The notes under the pieces are model-generated. The model had not been told where the DNA came from and ran no database searches. It saw only the letters and a program-made list of their open reading frames with translations. DNA of 64,000 bases from Eledone cirrhosa. Taxonomy: Eukaryota. Shown here piece by piece: positions 13,058 through 24,734 of this stretch. Position numbers and translations under genes: made by a program. The stretch's first letter is position 1, and the number at the start of each line of letters is the position of its first letter. The stretch lies in assembly GCA_964016885.1 (NCBI GenBank), contig OZ024741.1:287060001-287124000 (forward strand), in the 5' to 3' direction.

Positions 13058-13126
13058 GTTTTATCTGATGAAAACACAAATATTATTGCTTGATGATGTT
13101 TGTTTTTGAAATGCGCATAATAAAAT
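13058..13126 (+). ncRNA. Type I hammerhead ribozyme
   Basis: gttttat CTGATGA [acaaatattatt/gatgatgtttgt] GAAA TGCGCA TA ataaaat. Confidence 0.8.
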
Positions 13127-13157
13127 ATATGGAACTCCTTTAACCATCTTTTGATCT

Positions 13158-13286
<129 letters not shown>

Positions 13287-13379
13287 ATTATCCTTGATGC
13301 AGTAATGGTTAATTACTACACTGGATATAGTTGAAGTACGGTGAGGGGTTAATCAACGAGTTATGGAAGAATAGTTTTC

Positions 13380-13491
13380 TGCTCTGAGGATACAGTGGTA
13401 ACAGCATTTGATAATTGAGTTTTGCAAATAGTTATTAATTTGCACATAGGATAACTAGGCTGTATAACCGACGTGGAAACATTTGTAAGCA
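13380..13491 (+). ncRNA. Type I hammerhead with ~85-nt stem II, in a ~255-bp island (13285-13541) between (TA)n
   Basis: tgct CTGAGGA [tac/gtg, ggt/acc, acagc/gctgt, tgcaaat/atttgca] GAAA CATTTG TA agca. Confidence 0.7.
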
Positions 13492-13538
13492 CACGGAATA
13501 TATTACCTTTTTATGATGTTTACCTGTTATTATTCATT

Positions 13539-13594
<56 letters not shown>

Positions 13595-13653
13595 GTATAC
13601 ACACACACACATATATATATAAATACAGTAGTGGACTGCCCAAGTCGTCAGTT

Positions 13654-13743
<90 letters not shown>

Positions 13744-13765
13744 TACATATACACATATATACATA

Positions 13766-13869
<104 letters not shown>

Positions 13870-14171
13870 TATGTATAGACATACGTATCTGCATTGTGTA
13901 TATATGGATATTGCTCCAAAGTGGAGCTCGGAGACAATACGAATGAAAAGCTTGTGTTTGCAACTTGCTTCATTGCCAACCATAACAGAAGGCAGTAATA
14001 CGATGAAAACGTGCTGGCAATACTAAAGTGGACTTTCTCTTTAGAAATAACTCAGCATAGCAATTGAATTAGTCAAAACGTAAATGACACAGCACTCGCC
14101 GCCGCAAGGGGCCTATATCGATACCTCGTGTATAAACTACATCAATATGAAGCATGTCCATAAAATGACAA

Positions 14172-14546
<375 letters not shown>

Positions 14547-14582
14547 TATATATATATATTTATATATGTATATATATATGTC

Positions 14583-14640
<58 letters not shown>

Positions 14641-14791
14641 TACACGGGTGTGTATGATTGTGTTTAGAAGATTATATTAATAAAAGGAATTCGAACTTTG
14701 TCTGATTTACTCGATTTATTTACAATCCTTTAAAATTATAATGATATTAGAAGGAAATAGTGTGGTAGAATATTAAATGTTAAGTGTTAAT

Positions 14792-14830
14792 TGAACAAGT
14801 ACTTTCATGCTTTCGCAATCTTCAGGTTCA
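14792..14830 (-). ncRNA. Minimal type I hammerhead ribozyme
   Basis: Exact reverse complement of 14904-14942. Confidence 0.9.
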
Positions 14831-14903
14831 CATTCTGTAGTGACAGTCAAGTTTACAATTTCCCACAGTTGAAAATTGCGAACTTGACTGTCACCACAGA
14901 ATA

Positions 14904-14942
14904 TGAACCTGAAGATTGCGAAAGCATGAAAGTACTTGTTCA
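14904..14942 (+). ncRNA. Minimal type I hammerhead ribozyme (39 nt)
   Basis: tgaac CTGAAGA tTGC gaaa GCAt GAAA GTAC TT gttca: GNRA loop II, palindromic stem III, CUU site. Confidence 0.9.
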
Positions 14943-15053
14943 ATTAACACTTAACATTTAATATTCTACCACACTATTTCATTCTAATACCATTATAATT
15001 TTAAAGGATTGTAAATAAAACGAGTAAATCAGACAAAGTTCGAATTCCTTTTA

Positions 15054-15121
<68 letters not shown>

Positions 15122-15817
15122 GGGTCAGTAATAGTCACACTTTGAATTAGCAATTGAACTTAAACCTGTTGATAAAGTGGTTTCCTTATTCAATCATCTT
15201 ACCAGAAGCCTAACATTTTTTATGTAAGCGGACAGTACTTGATTTAGGAGTCGCAGAAACCCAAATACTGGATTTTACCAACCTTCCAGGGGTCCGGGTA
15301 AATTTTCAATCCCATATATTTTTATTGTTTGACCCAAATTACTTGGTCGTTTCTTTGGCTGAGCGGATGTTTGTTTAACCATCGTCTCAGTGTGTTTGGC
15401 CTTTAACGTATGTTGTAGCTCTGATTCATCTGAATCATCGAGCGCTTGCCACACATCTCGGAAGTTGTTTTTCTTTAATTCCTAAGCCGATTTATATTTA
15501 TATAGATAGATATATAGATAGATAGATAGATAGATATATTTCTTTATTTACCATAAAGGCATAAAAAGAAGGGACAAATACAAAGGGGGAGTATACATAC
15601 AATCGAGTAAAAAGGGTATAAAATGAAAATAATCGAAAATAACCTCAAAAGGGAGGGGACGTGATGGGGGCTGCACACACCCCCGAAAAAGTGTGCAATC
15701 CTTTGCCCGGGGAGCACATGGAGAAGGTGCTCCACTCTCCTTTACTTCTTTACCTACAGGATGGTATACAGAGAAGGCCCATTTACACGAGCCATTCTCG
15801 CCACTATCACCCACCTT

Positions 15818-18800
15818 TCATAAAACTGCCAGACTATGGCCAGAGAGGAAGTTGCCTGACCTCAGATCTTTCAATCGTGTCCACCAAACAACCTCTTTCA
15901 ACATGGCTATTACGCACAAAAAAACCGCCTTTGCTTCCTTTGTGAAGAGGGGAGGCGGTTTGATTGTCATCACGGACTCGGCGGTCAATTGAATCGGCGC
16001 CACCCGCGACAGCAGTCGTTCGGCGTAGCCCCACAGATCAGCCACGCCCGGACATTGCACCAATGCATGCGCAACGGTTTCTTCGTGACGCAAGCATCTA
16101 GGGCAAATCTTTTTCGAGGGATCCCTGCCCGGGCGCCCGTGTCTGTAGAGCCTCTCTCGAACGGGTAGAGCCTCTCGGTAGCACTGCCAGGCCAGTGACT
16201 TCTGGAAGTTGTCCATTGGTCCTGGGCCGAAAGTCCTACCGAACAGGCTGGCCAGTTCGTCTTCTTCCATGTCCAGCGACTCTCCAAGGGTGTCATCGCC
16301 CCTGCTAGCCACCAGCCCTCTATAGAATGATGGGGTGGATTCTCCACCGATGGCCTGGCCCGCTTGCCAGAGAGCCCTGAGCGCCTGAGCACACTCAGCG
16401 TGCCAGTCTCCCAGTTTTCCGGATCTTTGCTTGACCCAGGACTGTAGCTCGGTGAGCGAGACGAGTCTCGGAACGGCTCGTTTCACGAACGGAGCCCACA
16501 CCGGTTGACTAGTGAGGAATACCTGTAGGTGCCGTAGCCTTAATGCGTGCCTACGCATCATCAACCACGGCATCCCCAGCCCTCCTTTCGAAGGTTGTTG
16601 GCAGCAGATGGATCTTCTCACCATAGGAGGCCGCTTCTTCCAAAGAAATTGGAAGAGCATGCGTTCCATGGTGGTGAGTGTTTCCTTAGGGCAAGGCACG
16701 ACAGTCAGGCGGTAGTAAGTGACGGACGCTATGTAAATGTTCGCCACCTCCGCCCGGCCTTTTAGGGACAGCTTACACTTGGCCCATTTCTGGGTTAGTG
16801 CAAACACCTTGTTCGTAAACTCGTTCCAGTTCTTTTCCACCTGGAGGTCCGGTCCAAACCAGACCCCAAGCAACTTTACCGGGCCCTCCGTCCAGTGTCC
16901 GACGACACCGTCGGGAGGCATCGGTCTGCCTCTCCACGTTCCGAGTTGCAGCCCGATGGATTTTTCCCGGTTCAGTTTCGCTCCTGACAACCTTTCGTAA
17001 TCCTCCAGTAAGGTACCGATCGCCTCGATCTCCGAGTCGGTCGATACCATTACTGTTACGTCATCGGCGTAGGCCGACACCGCTTTGCTCAATCCTGGTT
17101 CCAGGGGGATACCCTGCAACAACTCCAATTTCCTCAGTAAAGGCTCGAGAGTCAATACGTACAGAAGGGAGGAGAGAGGGCACCCCTGTCGAATGGATCG
17201 TGTGATTTCGAACGGCTTCGAAAGGTAGCCGTTCACCTTGATCCTAGAACAGATGTGGTTGCTATGTAAAGCAGTGATCCAGCCTCTGAAAACAGGACCG
17301 AACCCAGCCGCCGCTAGCACCGCATCCAGGTAACCATGGTCGACCCTATCGAAGGCCTTAGACTGATCCAAGTTGATCAGGGCCCCACCGAAGCCGGGTT
17401 TGTTGCCAACCCTCTCTATGATGTATCGCATGAGGTGGAGGTTATCGTGAATGGACCTGGATGGGATAGCACATGTCTGCGCATCTCCCACCAGGCCACC
17501 CACGACAAGCGCCAACCTCTTTGCTAACACCTTGGCCAAAATCTTTAACTCTGTGTTTAGCAGGGTTATGGGCCGAAAAATATTTATACTATCTCCCTTG
17601 TTCTCGTCCTTCCTCACCAGCGTGACTACGCCCTTGGCTACAGAACAAGGAATTCTCCCGTTCTGCTGCCAATTGCAGTAGACCGCTTCGAGGAGTTCGG
17701 AGAAGAAGACCGGCATTGCTAAATAAAGTTCGTAAGGTATACCATCGAGACCTGGAGATTTGCGTCTGCTGCATTGGCTCAGCGCATCTCCGATCTCATC
17801 AGCCGAGATTGGTCCCTCGCAGGACTCTGCCTCTTCGCTCGAGAGACACGGCAGGCCGTCGAGGTATGGACCGAAATCCACGTCCCCGCCCGGTCCCTCG
17901 CCTCCCCCGAACAATCGGGCAAAGTGCCTTTGAAAGGCCTCGCACATCTGCTTAGGCTCCCGGATCACCCGTCCATCTTCGTCTTGCAACGACCGGATGG
18001 TGGATCGATTTCCACTCTTAGCTTCTGTCACGCGGGCCCAGCCAACGGCTTTGGCCCCCTCATTACCTAGAGCACGTATTTTACTTCGAATGACGCAGCC
18101 TTCGTGCTTTGCATCGAAAAACTGGTTCAAGGCCGTCCTCGATGCCAGCACTCTGGCCACATCTTCGCTCTTGATTTCCTCTTCTAATTTACCTGTTAAT
18201 TCTTTCTCGTTTCTATTCCTATCGGCAGCTAACATCTTGCTATAACTTATTGATTCCGTTTTAATCTCTCTTTTGAGAGATGCCCACCATCGGTTGTTGA
18301 TGATTGCACCCGTCAACCTCTCCTTAACTAATCTGCTAATCCGGTTTCTGTAAGTCTCTTTTGCCGGTAATGTCAAATTAAGTTTCCAGTAACCGGGACC
18401 CTGTTTATGTGTTTTCTCGAGATTGACTACGCAGGTCACTAATTTGTGATCCGTGTAGCCAACCGTGCGCATTTCTGGACAGCTTAATATGTCCCTATCA
18501 TTACTTCTAACTAAGAATCTATCTAAGTACGATCTAGATTGACCACTGTGGTTTCTCCAAGTCCAGGTAGGCACAGTTGGAAAATCTAGTCGATATCTAT
18601 CGACCAAGTTAAAACGGTCGAGTAACCCCTTGAGGCTGTTACACCCCCCTCTATTAGGACATGCTCCTGCATAGTCCCAACGTGCATCTAGGATGTCATT
18701 CCAATCCCCCGCTAGAAGCAGGGAACGCGACGTTCCCAGAAAAGTCTCTAAACGCTGGAAGAAGTCGGGCCGTTCAGCTCCGAAAGGGGAGTAGACGGCA

Positions 18801-19126
18801 ACCAGTCTTAAGGCCGCACCTTCACTACTGCCAACGTCTAGCACCAACAAACGACCCTCCGGGTCCGAGTGCACAACCTGTACGGCAAGACCCAGGTGTT
18901 TTTGCAGCAGTACGACAACCCCACCCCCACCTCCAGGTTGACAGAGAGATGCATGCACCTCAAAGTCATCGAAGGTAGGGGCCAGCTGCCGCACGACGCT
19001 GATTCGAGTCTCACAGATAACCATTACATTTATACCACATGACCTGAGGTCATTTAGAAGCTTTGCTTGCTTCCAAGTTGAGCCCAGGCCATGTGCATTC
19101 AAACATCCTACTCTTAACACATCCAT
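15818..19126 (-). CDS. LINE ORF2: APE endonuclease, reverse transcriptase, C-terminal CCHC
   Basis: LNAHG, ICET, AGDWN, YLDRF, TDH; SPGLDG, FRPITLLN, DQSKAFD, RQGCPLS, YADD; CPRC..ETVAHALVQC. Confidence 0.97.
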   Translation of the reverse strand: MDVLRVGCLNAHGLGSTWKQAKLLNDLRSCGINVMVICETRISVVRQLAPTFDDFEVHASLCQPGGGGGVVVLLQKHLGLAVQVVHSDPEGRLLVLDVGSSEGAALRLVAVYSPFGAERPDFFQRLETFLGTSRSLLLAGDWNDILDARWDYAGACPNRGGCNSLKGLLDRFNLVDRYRLDFPTVPTWTWRNHSGQSRSYLDRFLVRSNDRDILSCPEMRTVGYTDHKLVTCVVNLEKTHKQGPGYWKLNLTLPAKETYRNRISRLVKERLTGAIINNRWWASLKREIKTESISYSKMLAADRNRNEKELTGKLEEEIKSEDVARVLASRTALNQFFDAKHEGCVIRSKIRALGNEGAKAVGWARVTEAKSGNRSTIRSLQDEDGRVIREPKQMCEAFQRHFARLFGGGEGPGGDVDFGPYLDGLPCLSSEEAESCEGPISADEIGDALSQCSRRKSPGLDGIPYELYLAMPVFFSELLEAVYCNWQQNGRIPCSVAKGVVTLVRKDENKGDSINIFRPITLLNTELKILAKVLAKRLALVVGGLVGDAQTCAIPSRSIHDNLHLMRYIIERVGNKPGFGGALINLDQSKAFDRVDHGYLDAVLAAAGFGPVFRGWITALHSNHICSRIKVNGYLSKPFEITRSIRQGCPLSSLLYVLTLEPLLRKLELLQGIPLEPGLSKAVSAYADDVTVMVSTDSEIEAIGTLLEDYERLSGAKLNREKSIGLQLGTWRGRPMPPDGVVGHWTEGPVKLLGVWFGPDLQVEKNWNEFTNKVFALTQKWAKCKLSLKGRAEVANIYIASVTYYRLTVVPCPKETLTTMERMLFQFLWKKRPPMVRRSICCQQPSKGGLGMPWLMMRRHALRLRHLQVFLTSQPVWAPFVKRAVPRLVSLTELQSWVKQRSGKLGDWHAECAQALRALWQAGQAIGGESTPSFYRGLVASRGDDTLGESLDMEEDELASLFGRTFGPGPMDNFQKSLAWQCYREALPVRERLYRHGRPGRDPSKKICPRCLRHEETVAHALVQCPGVADLWGYAERLLSRVAPIQLTAESVMTIKPPPLFTKEAKAVFLCVIAMLKEVVWWTRLKDLRSGNFLSGHSLAVL

Positions 19127-21102
19127 GTGGGCGGCAGAGCCAAAGGAGAGTGTAGAGACCTACCTTTCCGCTTCCCGGGGTTCGGGTCGCACGACTTCCA
19201 TGGGGTCGGGGTGTTGGGTGAAGGGGTGTCTTGTGGTGGTGTGGGGTCGTCAGTGTGTGGTGGGGTTGGGGTGTTTGGAGTTGGGGAGGGGAGGGGAAGG
19301 GGAGGGGGAAAGCTTTTTAGTAGGACGCGGTTTATGGGTTTGACAGAGGGTGGTCCTACGTCCTCCTTAAAATCCTTTTTTAGTTTTTGGTAGAGGTTCA
19401 TTGGGATCTTTATTAATTTTAAATGTGGGTAGTTTTCTGAAGAAACAAAGTTTACACCTTCGGTTTGTACCGAAGGATTATTGTTTATGAGTTCATTTAA
19501 TTTATTATTGTTTCTGTTGATGTAAGTATAGTGTAATGTCTTTTTTTCGGATGGTGTGAGTGTTTCGAAGAGGGGAGGTGCAGGTTTGGTTTTGTTTGTT
19601 GCTGGAGGGGTGTTTTCTGTTTTGTTGGATTGTGTTGACATTTGGGTGGGGGTTGTTTGGCCTTGTGTGTTTTGCACATGTTTTCTTTTTTTCCTTTTAA
19701 TCTGTCTGAAGGACTCCGTTTCTTCCTCCGAATTCGTTGGGTTATCTTCAGTGTTGGAGGGAAGAGGTATGTTTGCTGGTAATGTTTCCGTGTTGATTTT
19801 CTTTGTGGGGGAGATGGATGTCACTATGTTAGACTGTGTTGTGTGTTGTGTCTGCGGTGGTTGTGTTGTTTTATTGAGTGAGGGGTTGGGTGGGCCTGTA
19901 TTTTGTTTTGGGGTAATGTGTTGTGACTGTTTGTGTTGTGGTGGTGGTGTAGTTTTACTGAGGGACGGGTTGGGTGGGACTGAGTTTTGTTGTTTGTTTA
20001 TCTGTTGTGGTGGTGGTGGTGGAGCTGGTGTTGGTAGCAGGGTTTTCTTTTTGTTGAGTTGGGGACAAGCGGCCTTCAGGTGCCCTCTGCCTGCACAGAT
20101 ATGACAGGACGGCCTTCTCCCCTCCACGCAAATGTTTATATACCCGTGGCCCTCTAATAGGATTCTGTCGGGTATTTGGGCGATGCGTTCAGGCTTCATT
20201 TGCACTACCAGCTCTATACCTGTTCCACTGAACGCATTGCCTGTGGTTTTCCCAATGGAAATCACGTTGTCATTCACTGGATCGATGAAGCCAGCTATGA
20301 GCCAGCAGTAGTCCACATCTGGCATCATTGCATCCAGCCATATGCGTTGAGTTCTTTTCCCCATATAAGATGGATAAAAGGTAAATTTTTTCGAACGAAT
20401 CGGTGACAAAGCACATTTTTTTGCCGCCGATTCGTTCTTCATAATAATTGCTAGGCTTCCATACAGTCCGTCTTTTCTTATGAAAGTGGTTTCATTAAGT
20501 ACTTCTGTGAGTACTGTTTTGATATCTGCTTGAGAAGGCTGTTCAGGTTTTCTTGAAGTGTTGTTGATGGTGCGGAACACGACCGTTCGACCTTCAATGT
20601 CTTTGGTGAGTTCTTGAGGCATTTTTACCGATAAAATACCATTCTCTCCTTCACTTATGTATTGTTTGGCGTCTGTGATTCTTCGTGCCACATCTGAAAT
20701 ATTTTCGGATATATATGTCAAAGATTTCTTTGTTGTTTGTGCAAATGAAATCTTGTTAACTCTGTCGTCTGCTTTGCTTTCTGTTATGATGTTGTTTTCA
20801 AATGTTATTTTTGTGTTTGTTGTGTCTTTGTTTGTGGTATTAATATTGTCATGCAATTTTTCAAATTTTTTTTTTTCGTTGTTGGAATCCATGTCCAGAT
20901 TTGTGTTTTCGTCATTTTTCTCCGCAGATTCGTCTGTTTTTATTTTATTTTTTCCTTCCTTCTCTATGACGTTAGTTGGGAAAGAAGGGGGGACTAAAGC
21001 GTGCGAGCTTACAACTCTTACCGCTGTCCCCCCACCACTATTTTCGTTCGCTTCGTTTAACATTTCTGTCAGACGATTGAAAATTTTTTTATTTTGCCAC
21101 AA
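19114..21102 (-). CDS. LINE ORF1 gag-like nucleic-acid-binding protein (first ATG at 21063)
   Basis: CHICAGRGHLKAAC zinc knuckle, Pro/Thr-rich tail, 13-nt overlap with ORF2. Confidence 0.88.
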   Translation of the reverse strand: MWQNKKIFNRLTEMLNEANENSGGGTAVRVVSSHALVPPSFPTNVIEKEGKNKIKTDESAEKNDENTNLDMDSNNEKKKFEKLHDNINTTNKDTTNTKITFENNIITESKADDRVNKISFAQTTKKSLTYISENISDVARRITDAKQYISEGENGILSVKMPQELTKDIEGRTVVFRTINNTSRKPEQPSQADIKTVLTEVLNETTFIRKDGLYGSLAIIMKNESAAKKCALSPIRSKKFTFYPSYMGKRTQRIWLDAMMPDVDYCWLIAGFIDPVNDNVISIGKTTGNAFSGTGIELVVQMKPERIAQIPDRILLEGHGYINICVEGRRPSCHICAGRGHLKAACPQLNKKKTLLPTPAPPPPPQQINKQQNSVPPNPSLSKTTPPPQHKQSQHITPKQNTGPPNPSLNKTTQPPQTQHTTQSNIVTSISPTKKINTETLPANIPLPSNTEDNPTNSEEETESFRQIKRKKRKHVQNTQGQTTPTQMSTQSNKTENTPPATNKTKPAPPLFETLTPSEKKTLHYTYINRNNNKLNELINNNPSVQTEGVNFVSSENYPHLKLIKIPMNLYQKLKKDFKEDVGPPSVKPINRVLLKSFPPPLPLPSPTPNTPTPPHTDDPTPPQDTPSPNTPTPWKSCDPNPGKRKGRSLHSPLALPPTWMC

Positions 21103-21325
21103 AATTTAAAAAAACAGGTTTTTCACCTCTAGGAGGGGTAAAGATGAGCTGACCCACCGTCTGACAGTTCAGACGGGGGGTCAAGCTACACAATAGTATC
21201 AAAATTAAATTTGAACTCACAAAATTTCCGCAATAAATTTGAACAAAACTTCTGCGCGAAGTGAATTACATCCACACTGTAGAACAGACGACAGCTAGAT
21301 TGATAGATAGATGATAGATAGATAT

Positions 21326-22253
21326 GTTTCTTTATTAGCCACATGGGCACAAAAGAAGGGGACAAATACAAAGGGGGAAGTTTACATACAATAAAAACCT
21401 GTAAAATATTATCACAAATGCAATTTAAAAATTAGTCGATTTTCCCCAATAGGGGGAGACAGTTCATATGAGTAACACATACCCCCGAAAAAATGTGCAA
21501 CCCTCATCTCCAGGAGTACGAAGAGTTTGTACTCCTTTCCTGTCCGCCTCCTTTTCCTCAACCTACAGGCTGATATAGAGAGAAGGCACATTCACTCGGG
21601 CCACTCTCGCCACTTTCACCCACCTTTCATAAAACTTGCTGAATTATCTGTGTTGGTGGTGTTGTCATTATTGTTGTTATTGTTGTTGTTATTCTTGTTG
21701 TCACTGATGTTGATATTATTCGTATTTTCCTTGGTGTTGGTGTTGGTGTTGTTGTTGTCTTTTATGCTGGTGTTATTGGTGTTGTCTTTATTTTTTTCTT
21801 TGTTGTTGTTGTCATTGTTGTTTTTATCATCATTATTGGTGTTGTTGTTATTTTTGTTGACATTGTACTGTTTGGTGTCATTTGTGTTGTTTGGATATGA
21901 ATTTGTTTTTACATTTTTATTTCGTCTTTCCATCTCCATAGTATCTAGGGAAGAAGACGATGTTGACTGCGAGCTATGTAGTCTTACCGACTCTTCACCA
22001 CCATTATCGTCGAACGCAGCGTTCATAACGTAATCAAACTTCTTACGATATTTTTTCCAAAACTCGATGGAGAACAAATTTTTCAAACGAATATTTCGTC
22101 CCTGAAGGGGGGAAAATTAGTTGACCCACCACCTGAAGACCCAGACGGGGGGGGGGGGGTCAAGTTACACAATAATATCAAATGTAACTGAAAACTCACG
22201 TTTTTTTCTTACATAAAATAACGGAAACTTCTCCGCGAAGTTACACACGTCTG
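21326..22253 (-). mobile_element. Internally deleted non-autonomous Tx1 relative, in tandem within the (GATA)n
   Basis: 5' UTR and 3' end homologous to 15541-21295; Asn-rich ORF1 start joined to the last ~25 codons of ORF2; followed by (GA)n/(GATA)n to 22342. Confidence 0.85.
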
Positions 22254-22269
22254 ATAGAGAGAGAGAGAG

Positions 22270-22342
<73 letters not shown>

Positions 22343-22344
22343 TA

Positions 22345-23221
22345 TGAGGTGTTTCAGAAAAGTTCCAGGACTGATGTTACAAAGATTTATTTCAAAACTT
22401 CCCACTAAGAGTTTTCTCCTTCAAGGTAATCCCCCTGGAGTCTAATGCACTTTTCCATCCTTTTCTGCCACGCTTCCATTCACCCCTGGAAGGATTCTTC
22501 TGGGATCCTCCGCAGTTCCGACTTCAGGGCTTTTTGATGTCGTTCACGTCTTCAAAACGGGTCCCCTCCGGGTCGTACTCGATGATCCATGACTCATCAC
22601 CGGTGATGACTGTCCCTAGCAAGTCTGGTTCGGTTTCAAGACGCTCGAGGATGTCCTGGCACACTTGCATGCGTCGACCCTTCTGGTTATCGTTCAGCAG
22701 TTTTGGCACCATCTTCGCGCAGACTTTCCGCATGTCCAAATCTTCAGTGAGAATCTTCCAGACGCTGTCCCGATTCATGCCCAGCTCATTTGCCATCAGT
22801 CGAACAGTCAGTCGACGATCGCTACGCACCATCTGCCTGACGCGCTCAACGTTAACCTCAGTCCTGGTTGTTGAGGGCATTCCGCTGCTGGGGTCATCTT
22901 GCACCATTCAAAAACACGTGAGCTGACATCGTCTCATCTCCATACACTTGCTGCAGCATTCCAGTGGTTCTGACGGTGCTTTCCCCAACCGTACCAGAAA
23001 CTTCAAGTTTGTTCGTTGCTCTGTGCTCATTGCTTGACGACCTGAAATAGAGAACATGTATATAAAACTATGAAGAAAAAAGTTTGATCGCTGCAGAGAG
23101 CTAAGATTACAGTTACATACTCCAGGGGGATTACTTTGAAGGAGAAAACTCTTAGTGTGAAGTTTGGGTTTGAAATAAATCTTTTGTGACATCGGTCCTG
23201 GAACTTTTCTGACACACCTCG
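22345..23221 (-). mobile_element. Mariner DNA transposon, internally deleted, ~100-bp TIRs, TA target
   Basis: TIRs 22345-22441 / 23119-23221; EQRTNLKFLV, RKVCAKMVPKLL, ITGDESW. Confidence 0.9.
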
Positions 23222-23244
23222 TATATGTGAATGTTATATATATA

Positions 23245-23379
<135 letters not shown>

Positions 23380-23821
23380 AACGAAGGAAGTGTGGTAAGG
23401 AACCAGATGGACCATAACGCACCAGAGTACTCAGAGAGTGATGGGCTCTAGGGTCACAGAAGAAGGGGAAGGGTAGGGTGATAGACTCTAGGCCTAGCTC
23501 GCGGCGGTTTTGGGGCTGCGGCCCATGGACATGTCATTAAAAATATTCCCGCGGACAATGGCCATCGACACCCGCTGCAGCAGCCCCTCCCAACTCGCGG
23601 GGCGTTGAGTAAATTGAAATTATGAGACAATGTAAAACATCCCAAACACAGAAAATAACTGTAAATACAGTCGATTGCTATAAATAATAGCTTGCAAACT
23701 GTACGTCTCAAAGGATCAGGGTTCTCTGTAGTGGCTGCTGGCCCCATTTCCCATCTATAGGGTTATTTAACCTGATTTTCGTAGCTATTCCATATAGCAG
23801 ACTGCATTTACACTTATTTTT

Positions 23822-23862
<41 letters not shown>

Positions 23863-23906
23863 AGAAGAAGTTTATGAAATGGAAATGCGGGTATACAGAA
23901 TTTATT

Positions 23907-24023
23907 AGGTAACAATTGTTTCTATAGTGTATGGGTTACCTATACCTCGCTATTTGAATAATATAAAAATATTATCATAAACCGAAGGTACACTGTAAGC
24001 AAACACACCATGTCGTCAGACCT
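23907..24023 (-). ncRNA. Type I hammerhead with ~90-nt stem II, in a ~172-bp island between (TA)n
   Basis: aggt CTGACGA [atggtgtgt/atacactat, ttac/gtaa, tgtacct/aggtata, ataatat/atattat] GAAA CAATTG TT acct. Confidence 0.78.
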
Positions 24024-24031
24024 TTGTATTG

Positions 24032-24081
<50 letters not shown>

Positions 24082-24136
24082 ATATTATTCAAAATATTAA
24101 CAAATGAAAGATATTCACATAATCAAAATATATGCT

Positions 24137-24194
24137 TTATTATATATATTTCAAAGGTACTGTGTTATTTTTTCAGTACGTCTTCATCAGATAA
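24137..24194 (-). ncRNA. Type I hammerhead ribozyme
   Basis: ttat CTGATGA agac GTACTG..CAGTAC cttt GAAA TATATA TA ataa. Confidence 0.72.
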
Positions 24195-24339
24195 GATATA
24201 TAACTTGTTGAGTGCTTTTAATCTATTGTAAAATTGTATTCACTGAGTAATCAACGAACCATATTAATCTTTGGTTATATATATATAACGGCGATGAATT
24301 AGTTTTGCGAGGTTTTTGATATGAGAAGACCAAAAAAAT

Positions 24340-24658
24340 AAACAAATAAATAAATGAATAAATAAAAAGACTAAATAAAGATGGCGTAGGCATACAATGC
24401 AACGGGAGGAAACATAATAGCACTACTGACGATGTTGTAGATGTGCAACGAAAGAACTTTGTTAGACTATATATATGTGTTTGTGTCTATATTGTATCTG
24501 TATTTTTGACCGTTGGTCAGTTAATGGTAACATTGAGGACCGAATAAATTAAATTAACCGATATAAAGGACACAGAAGCGAAAACCAACCAAACAGTGAG
24601 TGTGTTCTGTTATTAATTCTGGCAATATTATTACACAAATATGACCCTCCCCAAGTAT

Positions 24659-24665
<7 letters not shown>
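24340..24665 (+). mobile_element. Relative of the 30985-31601 family with degenerate HHR (~24421-24470)
   Basis: Shares aagatggcgtagg and the terminus atgaccctcc.caagtataacaata-(TA)n; CTGACGA tGTTGTA gatg TGCAAC GAAA. Confidence 0.55.

Positions 24666-24734
<69 letters not shown>

Larger units (their letters stand above)
14674..15060. mobile_element. Fold-back element with outward-facing HHRs
   Basis: ~188-bp arms, ~10-nt spacer, ends in (TA)n. Confidence 0.9.
15541..21295 (-). mobile_element. Near full-length Tx1 (L1-group) LINE inserted in (GATA)n
   Basis: ORF1 plus overlapping ORF2; (TAGA)n at 15503-15537 and 21296-21323. Confidence 0.92.

Noticed and set aside
15544-21109. Short ORFs overlapping the LINE on either strand
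   Set aside because: Antisense or alternate-frame shadows of ORF1/ORF2
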